Source: Armatimonadia bacterium
GTDB taxonomy: Bacteria > Armatimonadota > Zipacnadia > Zipacnadales > UBA11051
Direction: 5' to 3'
NCBI GenBank assembly: GCA_039683575.1
Contig: JBDKRC010000250.1
Span: 1-34,695 of the forward strand
Length of the DNA: 34,695 nt
Shown: positions 34,675 through 34,695 of the stretch, one piece after another
Numbering within the stretch: position 1 is the first letter of the stretch
How the letters are laid out: each line of letters opens with the position of its first letter
Position numbers and translations under genes: made by a program
The notes under the pieces: model-generated
Told to the model about the DNA's origin: nothing
Seen by the model: only the letters and a program-made list of their open reading frames with translations
Database searches by the model: none

Positions 34675-34695
34675 GGGCGCTCACCGCCGCCCGAC

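Overview
GC-rich bacterial DNA, probably Armatimonadota or a similar lineage; this is inferred from a DUF1559 prepilin-type/H-X9-DG gene and large secreted carbohydrate-binding proteins. About 30 kb (30324 down to 235) is one co-oriented minus-strand run of 23 genes behind a near-consensus sigma70 promoter (30363-30391). It has three parts. (i) An acyl-generating module: a stand-alone lipoyl/E3-binding carrier with no E2 catalytic core, FabG, a fused active-KS + degenerate-KS (CLF-like) protein, 2-oxoacid dehydrogenase E1 alpha and beta split by a HEAT/Pro-rich gene, an ACP, LipB, and a pair of exosortase-system-type alpha/beta hydrolases with Cys and Arg at the nucleophile position. (ii) A glycan module: GT2, four GT4, a MurJ-family flippase and an O-antigen ligase-like protein. 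(iii) A glycyl radical enzyme and four secreted carbohydrate-binding or glycosidase-like proteins. My best hypothesis is a pathway that makes a short (3-hydroxy)acyl group and installs it on a surface glycan. The right end holds a peptidase C26 glutamine amidotransferase, a lytic transglycosylase, tRNA-Glu(CTC) with its promoter and terminator, a frameshifted DUF1559 gene and a FecCD/BtuC permease. Several REP-like palindromes are present, including one doublet inserted in-frame in the ketosynthase gene. All family calls come from motif recognition by eye; no searches were run.
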